The notes under the pieces: model-generated
Databases searched by the model: none
What the model was told of the DNA's origin: nothing
Seen by the model: only the letters and a program-made list of their open reading frames with translations
Translations under genes and position numbers: made by a program
NCBI GenBank assembly: GCA_963693365.1
Contig: CAVNZM010000007.1
Location: 6,383,962 to 6,447,961, forward strand
DNA: 64,000 nt
Direction: 5' to 3'
Source: Amoebidium appalachense
Taxonomy: Eukaryota; Protista; Ichthyosporea
Shown: in pieces, positions 38,261 through 52,381 of the stretch
Layout: each line of letters begins with the position of its first letter
Numbering within the stretch: the stretch's first letter is position 1

Positions 38261-38895
38261 GGCTCGGACCCTGGGGCCCCTTCCCGTCAGGCTGCCCCGT
38301 TCAAATTGGTGTATTAGGATTCATTGTATGAGCTCAAGATGGGCTTCCCTTTGTGCAAATAAACGGTGATAAAATTGGCTATGCTTGGAGTATAGTTAAA
38401 GATTAAACTCGACGATAACAATTAATAAAGATCATCGAAGAATGTTAAATTATTCATAAGTATGCTCCTAATTAAGAGGCAAATTCTCTGCAGATGGCCT
38501 GCATGCACGATGCAGATTGCGCAGGAGCTTATTGCGCGCTTACTTTGCTAAAAGGATGGCTCAACCTGAGACACCAGGAAAAGTTAAAAATCACCTATTT
38601 TTTGTGACAATGCATGCTATTGGCATCAGGGAGGTGTGTGTGGCACGTACGTGTAGGGGTGAGGGGGGTGAGGGGGGGGGGAGGGGGGGGGGGGAGGGGG
38701 CGGAGGAAGGCGGGGAAGGAATTGACATCAGCAAATCTGAATCAAACAAGAACTCAACATAAAGGGGGGGGGGGGGGGGGGGGAAGGGGGGAGGGGGGGG
38801 GGGGAGGGGTCAGGGAAAAGGTGGGTCCGCCTATTAGTTCCCGGAAGGGCTATGTAGCGCGCGCGCCGCGCGCGTGTGTGTGTGTGGTGTGTTTG

Positions 38896-38940
<45 letters not shown>

Positions 38941-39036
38941 GGCGCGCACGCGCGTGACTGTGCTTTTGTGTGTGTTTATTTGTGTGTGTGTGTGTGTGTG
39001 TGTGGTTGGGGGGGGGGGGGGGGAGGTAAGAATGGG

Positions 39037-39300
39037 TTACAGAGTGCGAAGTCCGCATACACAACGGACAACACAGTGCAACATTTGCAAAGTGCACACA
39101 AATTATAGTATGTGCGGCGGGACATTGTTGGCATCGATTCAGCACAGAGGCGCAATGGATGCCAAGGCTTCGTTATAGTGATAAAATTATATTTGATTTT
39201 GTTTGTGAGGGGGGGGGGGGAGGGGGGGGGAAGGGGGGGGGGGGGGGGGAAGAGAGAGGGGGGAGTTAAGAATGGGTTAGAGATTTTTGAATCTGAAAAT

Positions 39301-39331
<31 letters not shown>

Positions 39332-39437
39332 GGGCACTCCCAAGGTAGACGCAGGGGTGGGTGGGTTCCCCCCCCCCCCCCCTCCCCCTCCCCCTCCGGA
39401 GGGGGAGGAACGCACCTGGCCGACTCGGAGTGGGGTG

Positions 39438-39469
<32 letters not shown>

Positions 39470-39685
39470 CTTCCCCCATCCTCCCCTCAGCATGCGCGTG
39501 ATCGTGGTATTAAAGAGTCTCTTTTCTGCCCACTTGTATTCGTTACTTTTTATTCCTTTTTTCTTTTGGAGCTTTTGCCTCTGTTTTGGTCACTGACGCA
39601 CATCATCCCCCCCCCCCCCCCTCCCCCCTCCCCCCCCCCCCCCCCCACACACACACTGTGACATACACTGACTCACACACACACA

Positions 39686-39783
<98 letters not shown>

Positions 39784-40227
39784 CGCACACACACACACAC
39801 ACACACACTTCCCACCCGTTCGGGCCGGGGGAGGGGGGGGGGGGGGGGGGAGAGTATGACCGCACGGCATATATGAGGGGTGGGTGGTTCCCCCCCCCCC
39901 CCCCCCCCCTCCGCCTGCTAGCCGGAGGGATGGATGGGTCCCCCCTCCCCCCCCCCCTCCCCTCTCCCCCCCCCCCCCCCCCCCCCCCCCAGAAAAAAAA
40001 GCTACTACTACCCCCTGCCCGTTTCAAAATCAAGAATCCCTTATTACAGAGTGCGAATCCGCATACAACGGACAACACAGTGCAACATTTGCAAACTTTA
40101 AGCGCACACTGTGACAACTTGTGGTATGTGTAGCGGGACATTTTTGGCATCGATTCAATATACAGAACCGCGGCCACACGTGGATGCTTTGTTATAATTT
40201 TTGAATAGTAGAATATTTTGTTTGTGG
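39037..40227. repeat. Diverged direct duplication of a ~170-180-bp unique segment (39037-39207 and 40044-40227)
   Basis: Both copies read ttacagagtgcgaa-tccgcatac-aacggacaacacagtgcaacatttgcaaa...gcgggacatt-ttggcatcgattca...ttttgtttgtg. Confidence 0.8.
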
Positions 40228-40239
40228 ACGGGGGAAAAA

Positions 40240-40273
<34 letters not shown>

Positions 40274-40421
40274 CCGGAGGCAGGCACGCACTGGTCATGC
40301 ACTCACGTCACACCGTGGTATGTATGTACATACAAGATCACGTGCACCAGGTCCTGCGCTGCGTACATGGCCGGTACTCCCGAAGAGTCTGTACATATAC
40401 ACCACGGTAATGAGGTAATTT

Positions 40422-40525
40422 CAAAATGTTTGTTGATGCATCGGTCACGTAATGGTCTTTAGCCCTGCAGCTGTCCAGGGCTAAAGAACCCTATTTGTTG
40501 ACCAATGCATCAACAAACAAATTTG
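40422..40525. other. Long imperfect inverted repeat (hairpin)
   Basis: tgtttgttgatgcatcggtca pairs with tgaccaatgcatcaacaaaca (20/21); tctttagccctg pairs with cagggctaaaga (12/12); 8-nt loop. Confidence 0.85.
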
Positions 40526-40658
40526 CTCCGTAGTAAAGTACAGTCGAGGCCTCCGGATCCTACTATATAGCAATTAAAGGAGTCCTGAGTACAATACAAT
40601 TACTAATGTGCTGGCCAAAGCTGATAAGCTGGGTGTAAACTCAAACCAACGTTCCAAG

Positions 40659-40698
<40 letters not shown>

Positions 40699-40911
40699 CC
40701 CCAAAAAAAAAAAAAAAAAAAAAAAAACAAAAAAAAACCAAGAAGAACGCAGAGCGAGACGTCCACACCCGTGGCGCGACCCCCTTCATGCCCTTTGTAG
40801 GGGCGGCGAGACTGGCGGATGACTCGGCAGCTGGCCTTTTTGTGTCACTTCAATTGTTCATAGGGTTTTATTATTCTCGTGGAAAAAACTGTGTGCATCA
40901 CTGTACATACT

Positions 40912-41117
40912 CCTCCTGCCGGCGTGGCTGGGGTAGTAGCCCTGGGCAAAGTGGGTACTTATAGTTAGGTTGTGAAGGATGGTTCTGAACTCATAGATAG
41001 CACCTTAACTAGTGTACTGTCGGTGCTGTGTGGTAGACGGTAGTTTCCCTAGAGGGCCTGAAACTCCGGGAACAAAACGTGATAAAATTAAAAAAATAAA
41101 AAAAAATTATAAAAAGA
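40912..41117 (+). mobile_element. SINE-like retroposon, copy B, with A-rich tail and 15-bp TSD
   Basis: TSD atcactgtacatact at 40897-40911 and 41118-41132; homologous to the copies at 34218 and 60130. Confidence 0.85.
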
Positions 41118-41764
41118 ATCACTGTACATACTTGGCGATGAGATCTGCGGCGAGCGGCAGAATCTAGATCTGACTGATGGCGGTAAGTCAACACAATGAC
41201 CTGTGACCAATCCTCCTGTTCGTAAATCTAATATTATCCGCCAATCAGAAATTGCTCAAAAGTACAAATTTGGATTCCTGGCTCGCGCACTGCGGTTGTG
41301 CGGGTCGACCAATTCTCGCTCCAAGTTGAAGTTGCAGCACGTACATGCTGTACTTTTTGCCCACACTTCTGCACATTTGACTCCGAATACATCAGAATTA
41401 TTATATGTGGACCATCTATCACAAATGTGCAGCCAATAGAGAATTTCTCCCCGCCCCTCGCATACAGATAATACACCCTGTTGAGCCACGGTCCACCGTT
41501 GCTGAAGTGTGAGTCAGGACCAGATAGGGCGATGCATACATCACATGTACGTAGCAGGTTTCGAACTCGACACACATGTGCATGTATGGAAAAACAAAGT
41601 GTACACACCGACACATTGCGCAGCTGTTGTTGTGATTACCTAGAAGGTGCACCCACGTGCACGCATACACACACGTAGAAAAGCGGTATGCGTACACACC
41701 CACTGACGTATATACACACACACACCCCTACATGCGCGCGCGCACACACACACACGCACACACG

Positions 41765-41835
<71 letters not shown>

Positions 41836-41925
41836 AGGCACACACGCACACACATACACACACACACAGTGTCATGCACGCCCACACGTGGCACGCACAT
41901 GCACACGCACACACACACACATGAC

Positions 41926-42028
<103 letters not shown>

Positions 42029-42065
42029 ACACACACACGGACATGCACAAACACGCACACGCACA

Positions 42066-42118
<53 letters not shown>

Positions 42119-42135
42119 ACACACACACACGTACG

Positions 42136-42178
<43 letters not shown>

Positions 42179-43071
42179 ACACACACACAACCAATCATTC
42201 TACTTACAGAATGTACGCAAACACCCACAATCACTTAGTCTATAAGTAAGCGCAGCACGTCATTTGCCGCATGCATGCACTAGAGCACAAAAACCGTCAC
42301 GCACGCATTCACCTACACACATGCTGGCATATGCTCACCCACATGATATGTAGTCCGTAATATCGGTACACACACACAATGTTTACACATGCATGCACAC
42401 CCTAAAATACAGGCACGTAGCGGCAAACACACACACACACACACACATGGCGTGCGCGCGCGCGCGCACACACACACACGCACACACACACACGCATGGC
42501 GTGTGAACACACACACACACATACATACACACAGTCACACACACACGTGTGCACTCCGTAGTACATAATATGCATGCAGTGCCGATATACACTTAGTGTG
42601 TCAGCATAGCATCTGCACGCATAAACATGATACCTTTTTCCCCATCACACGCCACACCGTACAAACATTATATGCACACATTGACGTGACACATATACCA
42701 GGACTCGGTGCATATACATACATACACACTGCATTACTGCTCAATGTTAAGATATATAAATGTTTTACCGTTAGCGCAGGCCACCTTGGCACCCACACAG
42801 ACCCATTAACCGTCCCGGCGCCACATGACACAACCATTTACTTGTGTTTAAATTTTTTATTTTTTTTTTCCAACATTGTGGCTTTGACTGCTATTCCGGT
42901 TACTTTGCTAGTAGATGGGTACAGCAGTGACGGTCACAAAAGCATGCACACATAATGCACATAAGCATATCGTCAAGAGGCACAACTTCTAAATACATAA
43001 CACACCAATTCCATGGTCTCACTCATACACCAAAATTGATTGTCTGCCAGGGTAGAATCCTCTCGCAACCG

Positions 43072-43112
<41 letters not shown>

Positions 43113-43365
43113 CGGCCGCCCACCCCACCCCCCCCCCCCCCACCACCACCATTACCACCACCAAAAACAAAAAAGAAAAGAAAAGAAAAGAAAAAGAAAA
43201 AGAAAAACAACAACAACAACACAGAAGCACATGCCATCGGGTGTACCGCAGAAAATTGAAAAGCAGTAATGCGCAGTTGGGGCACTCGAAGGTGTGGTTC
43301 ATGACACGTACGCACACTGTGGCGTACACACACACACCGTAGGGCAGACACACCCGTGCACACAA

Positions 43366-43420
<55 letters not shown>

Positions 43421-43791
43421 CTGTAACACCCACGCACTATACGTACACACCAATAAACACAAGCAACAACCGCTTCTCCTTTCCCCCTTACCCCCCCCCC
43501 CCCCCCCTCTCACCCCGGGCCGCCTCTTTTCCTTCCACCCTAAAAGCCTCTTCTCTCCTTCCCCCCCCCCCCCCCCCCCCCCCTCCCCCCCCCAACTTCC
43601 TCTTCTCCTCGAGGGTAAATATTCATTAGTAAACATGTCAAATCCCCTAACCATGAAGAACAACACGTTGCCAGCTAACAATCAGACAATGTTATTACAT
43701 TTCAAACCACCGTAGCACTAATTAACCCCTCCCCCCTCCCCCCTCCCCCCTCCCGCCCCCCCCCCCCCCCCCTTTCTCCCCCCCCCCCCCT

Positions 43792-43830
<39 letters not shown>

Positions 43831-43854
43831 CCCCTCCCCCAAATCCAGCAGAAA

Positions 43855-44218
43855 ATGTCATCCACACCAGACCCTGCGAATCCGTCGCCGGAGCATTCCC
43901 GTAATGGTGACGAGAAAAAACGACTTCACGCACTCAATGAAATTTTAGAAAGCGAAGAAAACTATCTCATGGATTTGGCGTTTGTCCTGAGCGAATACAT
44001 GGAGCCCATGGGCCAGACGGCCATGCTGTCTGACAAGGACCTCAACACGCTGTTTGGAGATATCGTCAAGATATTCGAATTTCAGGAGCAATTTTACAGG
44101 TATGAATCGGGGTTCTCCCATATTGTACCCTCGTTTACCTGTTTATTCAGAATGCTCAACTTAACGACCCTCCCCCCTCCCCCCCCCCCCCCCCCCTCCT
44201 CCCCCCCACCTCCCCTCT

Positions 44219-44249
<31 letters not shown>

Positions 44250-46128
44250 CCTTCCCTCCCCCCCCCCCCCCCCCAAACCCCCCCCCTCCCCCCCCCCCCC
44301 CCCCCAAAAAAAAAAAACGGGTTCCGCCGCGGCGCGCGGAGGCCATTCCCTCTATTACTGTTGCCAGACTCTCAAATCTTAAATGGATCAACGCTTTTGC
44401 GACATGCTCTTTGATTGGCACTTGCTCATCCATTCCCCATATATGGGAAAACCTCACCTAATCACCTTACATGGCAGGAGGCTTCTCGCCATCGCAAGCC
44501 TCCCCACAATCGACCAGGCAATTGGTGGGCTATTTTTGGAGCAGGCGGAAGGCTTTAAAGCTTACACGAGCTTCTGCACCAATCAACCGCAAGCGTTAGC
44601 CATTTTAATGCAACTGGCAAATGACGCACGGTATCAGACTCTCGTAGTCGTGGCCAACGCATCACCGGCATGCCTTCGGTCCCCGGGCGCATTTTCCCTC
44701 GGATCCCCCCAATCTCTTGGATCCCCCTCTCCCGTGTTTTTCAACCGGGAAACCGAAAAGGGACCAAGCGGAAATCGCGAAAGCAGGTGTTTCTCCGGAA
44801 ATTCAAAGAGGGTTTCTTTTTCGCCGAGCATTTACTCCTTTGACGGCCGTGACGTTCTGGAGGAGATACAAGCGGCTGGAGGGAAGGAAAATCGCGCAAG
44901 TCACAAGGGGGGTCCTACTTGCCCTATGAGCATGGCTGCAGGAAAGAGAAATATGCAGTTAGAGGCGTTGTTTCTGACCCCCATATCGCGAATTTGCAAA
45001 TACCCACTCCTTCTGCATGCGCTGGCCAAGTACACGCCACCCACCCACCCAGACTGGCCCATGCTCGGAGAGGCTGCCCAGGCAATTTCTGAAGTTGCAC
45101 AGTACGAACCCCCCTCCTCCCCCCCTCCCACACACACACGCACATAGGCGCCTGCATAGCTGGTTTGTGGGCCAACAATTGAACTTTGAACCAGTTGATG
45201 AGCACCGAACTGTACCCCCCCTCCCCTCCCTGGCTCCCCCTCCCCCCCCCCCCCCCCCCCCCCCCCCTCAACACACACACACACACGCTCTCCCCACCCC
45301 CCTCCCTTCCCGCCGCCCTTCCATTGCCAAAAAATAATCATTAAATCATCACGATCAAAGCAAACAAAACAGTAAACAAAAACGGTCTCCTCCCCCTTTC
45401 CTTCACGTGCACACAGTCATTTAGCTCCCTTTGAGATCGATGATTCCTCCGTCCCCCTGATCCCTCCATGCTCCCCACACACCTCCCTTACCCCCATCAT
45501 CACCCCCACCCCCTCTACCCTCTTCCCTTCAACACCGACCCACCCATCCACCTAGGTACACTCCCTCTCCATCACCAGAGGTTTTTGTTTCTCATAGCAT
45601 ATTGTTCTACTGCACAGTAACTCCCCCCCCCCCCCCCCCCCCCCCTCCTCCCCCCCTCCCCCCTTCCCCCCCCCCCCCCCCCCCCCTCCCCCTCCCCTCT
45701 TCCACCCCGTTCCCCATTTCTCCCTCACACCCCTCCCCCCGTACCCCTTTCCTCGTCCCCCCCCCCCCTTCCCCCCCCCCCCCCCAATCCCCTTCAGGTA
45801 CATCAACGATGTCAAAAAAGAAAGTCGACAATGTGCAGGAGCTAATCCGGTTGCAGGTTTGCTTCCCCAATAAATCTCCCTCTCTACATATACACCCCCA
45901 GCCCTTTTCCCTTCCTTGTCGGATAGCCGGCTATGCCTTCTTTGTGTTTTCACCCTCTTCTTTGTTGCTTTGGTGGCCTTTGCGTACATGTGTGCCTCAT
46001 TCAAATGGCATGAGACCCCTCCCTCCAGCCCCCCCGCTCCCTTACCCCCCCCCTCCCCCCCCCCCTCCCCCCCAAACCCCCCCCCCCCCCCCCCCCACCA
46101 CCACCCCACTCCCCCCAACCCTTCCCCT

Positions 46129-46161
<33 letters not shown>

Positions 46162-47587
46162 TTATTATCCACACACACACACACAACATCCACCTCCGAG
46201 GCTCCCGTTTGGTAGTTGATCATTGTTATTTGATCGTTCGTGACCAGAATAACCCTGCAGATGCGGATGACCAACTGGCCCCGTCTCACCTCCCTCCTCT
46301 CATATGGCCCCCTCCTCAAATCTGGACGCTTGGCCATTCCCGACCGGCGGCTCGACACGGAAGGGGGGTCCGGAGACCAGAACTCGGGCTCGAAGAAGAC
46401 AAAGGGGGGTTCAATGTTGAACGTGGTCGGAAATTCGTCGTTTTTCGACAAGGATGGAGAGACCTTTGTGATTATCGCGCGCAAGGCTTTCGTAATTTGC
46501 ATCGAATCCCCCCCGGTGGGTGGGTCCAAAGGGGAAAAATTGCACGTGCAGCATGTCATAGACCCCCGAAATGTGAAATTGAAGCTGAGCAGCACCACCG
46601 GTGGGAAGTTGGGCTGGAAAATGATCATAGACGCTCCCGCTGATGAAACTTCAAACGGGAAACCCCCCTCAAGCCGCCGATCAAGCGCTGAAATCGTCCG
46701 CGGGGCCGTCATATTCCGTGCACACACTATGGCGGAGCGCGAATCGTGGATTTTGGCAATCAACGAAGCGATCTCGCAAAATTTCGGGGGGGCTCAACAG
46801 GGCGGGAAAACTGTGCGATTTGCCGATCCGGCGGAGAGCGATGTGGTCTGTGGGGGGGGTGCCGTGATGGTGTCTGCAGCCAAAATGCCGCAAATTGGGT
46901 CCATCTTGCAGGGGATGCGCATGTTAGGATTTGGGTCCTCTCCCCTCGGTAATCCCCCCTTACACCTTCTCCACCCCCCTCTTCCCCCTCCCTTAGTTAC
47001 TTCTCCCCCCCCCCCCCCCCCTCCCCCCCCCCACACACACACACTGGCGTTTACTCCTCGCACAGCCGATAGACTGGCGAGATGCTGCCATTAGTGCTCG
47101 GTTTACATATATACAACTCCTGCATGTATTGCTCTGAAAATAGCCTTCGAGTTCATTCTATTGCAAACCACTGCTTGCACTTACAAAATGAAAGGTGGAA
47201 AGGAAGAAAGCTCCATTTCTTTGTTTCTTTTTCTCATATCCACAACACTGGAATCTACCAGTAATAAATATATGAAATTCCCACCTCCTTCTCCCTTCCA
47301 CCCATCCCCCTATGTAGGAAAAAACAGGAAGAAAATGATAAACCCCACGAGTCTTAATATTCCTATCCACCTACACGTACATAGCCACCATTCTATCCCC
47401 CCTCAACCCCCCTCCCCCCCCCCCCCCCACCCCCCCACCCCACCGCCAATCTCACCCCTCCACCTCCGGAACCGACCCTTCCCCCCTCTGTAGCCACCCA
47501 CCGACCCCACCTGCGCATGTGCGCGTCCGCACAAACACATGCACACACACACACACACACACACACATGCACGCACGCACACGCGCG

Positions 47588-47630
<43 letters not shown>

Positions 47631-47668
47631 CTCCCCTCTCCCCCCCCCTCCCCCCCTCCCCCCCCACC

Positions 47669-47717
<49 letters not shown>

Positions 47718-48189
47718 ACGCACACACACACAGAGATCACCACCCTCGACACCCTTTCCCACACCCGGCCGCTGGTCCACCAAGCCATCGTCTCTGCCCA
47801 ATCATCCATCACCGCCACTCAATCACGCAACGGCAGAAAAGCTCTTGCCCCCCTCTCACGCGGCCAACCAATTGCGCCAAAGCAGTCCAAGGCCAAATTT
47901 GATTCGTCGACGAAGGAGGAGGGTAAAGAAAAACTTGCGGGGCCGAAAAATGGAGCCGGGCCCACGGAAGCACCGAGAAAGGAGGTAGAGAAAGAGGTGA
48001 TTGTGAAAAAGTGGCCCGGGGGCGAAATTCCCGACGAGATGAAATTTATGTATGAGGCCCTTGCTGAGGAGGTCACACAGATGGAAGTTAATGGTACGCC
48101 GTTACCCTCCCCCCCCCCCCCCCCCCCCCCCCCCCGTCCCCCCTTTCCCCAAGGAACACATCCACGGTTGCACCCGCCCGCGCGCACAC

Positions 48190-48283
<94 letters not shown>

Positions 48284-49573
48284 CACATGCACCCATGCAC
48301 CCACACACCCACACACGCTCACTCACTCATTCACTCACAACCACCCACAGAAATTCACACCCTGCCACTCCCCCTCCAACTACCCCCCTCCCCCCCCCCC
48401 CCCCCCCCCTCCCCGCCCCTTTCTTCCCCGCCCCTGCCCCCCTCCCTCCCCCCCTCCCCCCTCCCCCCACCACCACCTGAAATGCCTATACACACATAGC
48501 ATATGCACGTCCCTAACAACACTTCCACCCCTTCCCCCTCCCCTCCTCCCCCCACTGCCCCCGCCATCCCTCCCACCCTTCCCCCTCCTCCAAACACAAA
48601 CAGATGCCAAGACCCCGTCCCCCGTTCCTCCACCAGCTCCCGCTCAAGTCCCCCCACCTGCAACACCGAAGGAAAAGACCCCTCTTTCGACCAAAATCTC
48701 TTCAGGAATAAAACGGACAGCCCAACCAGCCCCGCTAGACTTGAGCCAGGCCAAGCAGTGGAAGGAGATAGACGACCTGTGCAACTTCATCGAGGAATTT
48801 ACCTCCCCCTCGTCAATGGCCAATCAGAAACAGGATCCAGCTCCAAAGGACCAATCAGAGGACAAGAAAAGCGAGGTCGGACCAAACAAGGTTATTATTC
48901 CCGTTCCTGCTCCGATCGGGATTGAAAATAAAAAGACTGCCAATCCGGCGTGCTCTGAACCAATCGAACCAATCAAAGAAGAGAAGACATCTATTTCCGC
49001 CAATCAGACCGTTGGAACTGAACAGGAATCATCCCCCGACAACCAATATAAAGTGGCCTACGCAGTAAAGACCCCCCCCGATAATTTATACTCCAGCGGG
49101 CAACACTAGCCAATCTGTAGCACCGGAGGAGCTATCCAATGCACTGAAGAACGTCGATCCTTCAGACCCCCCCCGAATTTTGCCCCGTGTGGAAATTATC
49201 GTCAACAGTGTTGTGTCCACCCGGTCCTCGCCCAGGCACAGCGTCGGTACCGGTCCGGAAATCGCGGAAATCCTGAAAATCGATATTGAACACACGGGAG
49301 AAGACATTGAAGGGATGGAAATTGGTACCATTATTGAGAAACCAGAACACGAGTTAACGTCAGATAAGGGGGCAAACGAGGCGGTCGCCATGGAGGAGAG
49401 CCGTATTCCTGAGTCCGATAACACCGAAAAACTTCCGGGCGGCCATGGGTTGCCAGTGTGCGGAAGCCAGATTATGCCTTCAATCGCGGTCATTTCTGCC
49501 GGCAGTGAACCGGTTGAGGAACAGGACACCAACAGCGAAAATGGCAAAAACAGCTACAGTGGTAACACCCCCT

Positions 49574-49607
<34 letters not shown>

Positions 49608-50302
49608 TCTCCCCCCCCCCTCCCCCCCCCCCCCCCTGCCTCTTCCCCTCACCCCCTCCCCCCAAAAAAAGAAAGAAAAAAGAAAAAACAAAAACAAAAA
49701 GAAAAGAGAAAAAAAAATAAAGAGAGAGAGAAAAAAAAAAAAAGACAAAAAAAAAGGGTGGGGGTGGGTGGGTGGGGGGGGGGGGGGGGACGTCCTCTCT
49801 GCTCTCTGTATTTCACATCTGCTCTATCCGGTCGACCGTTTTGTTGCACAAGCCCTTCGAGCCCTGCGGGTTCTGCCACCTAACAATGAATATCAATATA
49901 ACCCCCTGCCCCTCCCCCCATCTCTCCCCCCCCTCCCCCCCCCCCCCCCCCCCCCCCCCAATCATTCACCTAAGAGTTTTAACATTTTTATTGATCTGAA
50001 AATATTTTACAGTATACTGATACCACAAAACACACACAGATTCAGTAGCCAATCAGGAGTCCCCCATGTGCACCAATCAGAACACACCCACCAAACCGGA
50101 AAAATCCACCACCACCAGCAAAATAGCGAAGTGCACAGATCAGGAAGACAAGGATGATCAATCCAGCAGCAGTAATAGTGACGGTACGTGCAAACCTTCA
50201 AACCTCCTCCCCCCCCCTCCTCCCCCCCCCCCCCCCCCCCCCCCCCCACGCACGCACGCACACATGCACCCACCTTTATGCTCCCCGTCTCCCTCCCTCC
50301 CA

Positions 50303-50349
<47 letters not shown>

Positions 50350-50578
50350 ACACACGCTCCACCACAAACACCAACACCACCACCATCACCACCACCACAC
50401 ACATGCACGCGCGCACACACACAAACACACACACACACACATACATACACAACCACACTCACCCAACCCTGACAAAAAGCACTCATTCACATAGATCCCG
50501 AAACCACAGTTTACTCAATAGTCAGCTTATAATTCCAAGTTCCAAAAAATTAATTTGAGATGCAAAAACATTCTGTGA

Positions 50579-50622
<44 letters not shown>

Positions 50623-51374
50623 AAAAAAAAAAAAAGAAGAAGAAGAAAAAGGAAAAGAACGAAAGCAAAAAAAAATAACCGAAGAAGTAATCAAATAAAA
50701 ATGAAGAAAGAGAGAAATGAAAAAAGAAAGAAGGAAGGACCATAGAGTCACCTCTTTACTGTGTACTCAACTGAAAGTAGCTATTTATCCCCCCCCCCCT
50801 CCCCCCCCCCCTCCCCCCCCCCCCTTCCTCCCTCTCACTTTTCCCCACACGCTGACTTACACACAATCCAAACTTGTACAGGTTCAGACAGCGAAGATGA
50901 CGCATCCGAACCCCCCCACAACCAAGAAGCACAAGAAGATGAACCCCCCTTTTTGCCCACCGCACAGGAAATTCCGTCCGCGATCCCGTCCGATCTCTAC
51001 CAAGCGATTGCCGATCTGTGCCAAGAGCTCACCGGCGTGCCCACATGTCACGAATGCCACGAACCAATCAAAGAGGACCAAGAAGGTGTAACAGCCAATG
51101 GAAATTCGTGGCACACAAAATGTTTCCGCTGCCACACGTGCGAAAACCCCCTTTTCGGCGAAAAAGTTTATCTGCGATCGGACGGGAAAATGTACTGTGT
51201 GCATGACTATGAGGATCTGATGAAGTGCGGCGTGTGCGGGGAGAGTATCGGGTGCGGGCAGTACATGACCTCTAGCCAATTGGAGGGCATGGTTGTGCAT
51301 CCAACGTGCTTTGTGTGTGCCACGTGCAAGGTTGATGTCACCATCGGTCTCTGTGTGATGGTACGTGCCTTACC

Positions 51375-51405
<31 letters not shown>

Positions 51406-51463
51406 AAGAAATCGAAAAAAGAAAAGAAAAGAAAAGAAAGAAAGAAAAAAAGACAATCCCCCC

Positions 51464-51494
<31 letters not shown>

Positions 51495-51977
51495 ACCCTT
51501 CCCTCCCCCAACCCCTGTTCACTCTTTTCTGGTTTTTTCTCACTCTTTATTGCTCTCCCCTCTCTCCCCTCCCTTCTTTCTCCTCCCCCCTTTCGCATAG
51601 CACGTAACACAATGTTTTACCATTTGCGGTGTCCGCCCTTCATTATCGTCGCCTCCTTTTGCGCGGATTACTTCCTATTCCCATAATTTCTCCCCCCTCA
51701 CCCTCCTAAAAGCCTCGAGATCTTCACCACCGCCCCCCCACCACCGTCCCCCCTCTCCCCCCCTCCCCCAGTCGTCGTCGTTAACATTGTTCTACCCTCC
51801 CTCCGTCTCTCCCCCCCCCTACACACGCGCGCACACACATACACATACACAAATGCACACACACTCGCACTCACGCACACAAGCCCGCACACACACACTC
51901 ACACAACACACACACACACACACAAACAGACATACGTACACACACATGCAAATACACGCGCGTGCATATGTGCTCAT

Positions 51978-52012
<35 letters not shown>

Positions 52013-52346
52013 CACACACACGTACACGCACGTACACACACACACGTACACACATACACGTACACACACACACACACACACACAGAATGGGGTGCTCTAC
52101 TGCCATGAGCACTACTCAGAGGCCTGTGGTCTGCTCTGTCATCGCTGCAAGAAACCCATTGGCTCCCAGGTGTGTGCCAGCCCCCCCCTTAACCCTTCCT
52201 CCCCCCCAACCCCCCCCCCCCCCCTCACTCTCTCCCTTCTGCCTTATCCCTAGAAACCCATGCTCATGATATTACAATATTGAATCTGGCTGCTTGTCGC
52301 CCCACCACCCGCCAGCCTTTCATCTCTTTCAGTCTTCTCCCTGCTG

Positions 52347-52381
<35 letters not shown>

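Noticed and set aside
40044-40150. Possible decayed MYND finger or Cys-rich exon
   Set aside because: Cys spacing does not fit and the two copies disagree in frame.
40905-40990. HDV-like ribozyme at the retroposon 5' end
   Set aside because: Could not assemble P1/P1.1/P3 or J4/2 consistently in both full-length copies.
45811-49080. Programmed ribosomal frameshifting at AAAAAAG (45814) and C8 (49072)
   Set aside because: Both are one extra base in a homopolymer, typical of long-read consensus error, and the needed shift is +1, not the -1 that A_AAA_AAG promotes. Short-read pileups would confirm.
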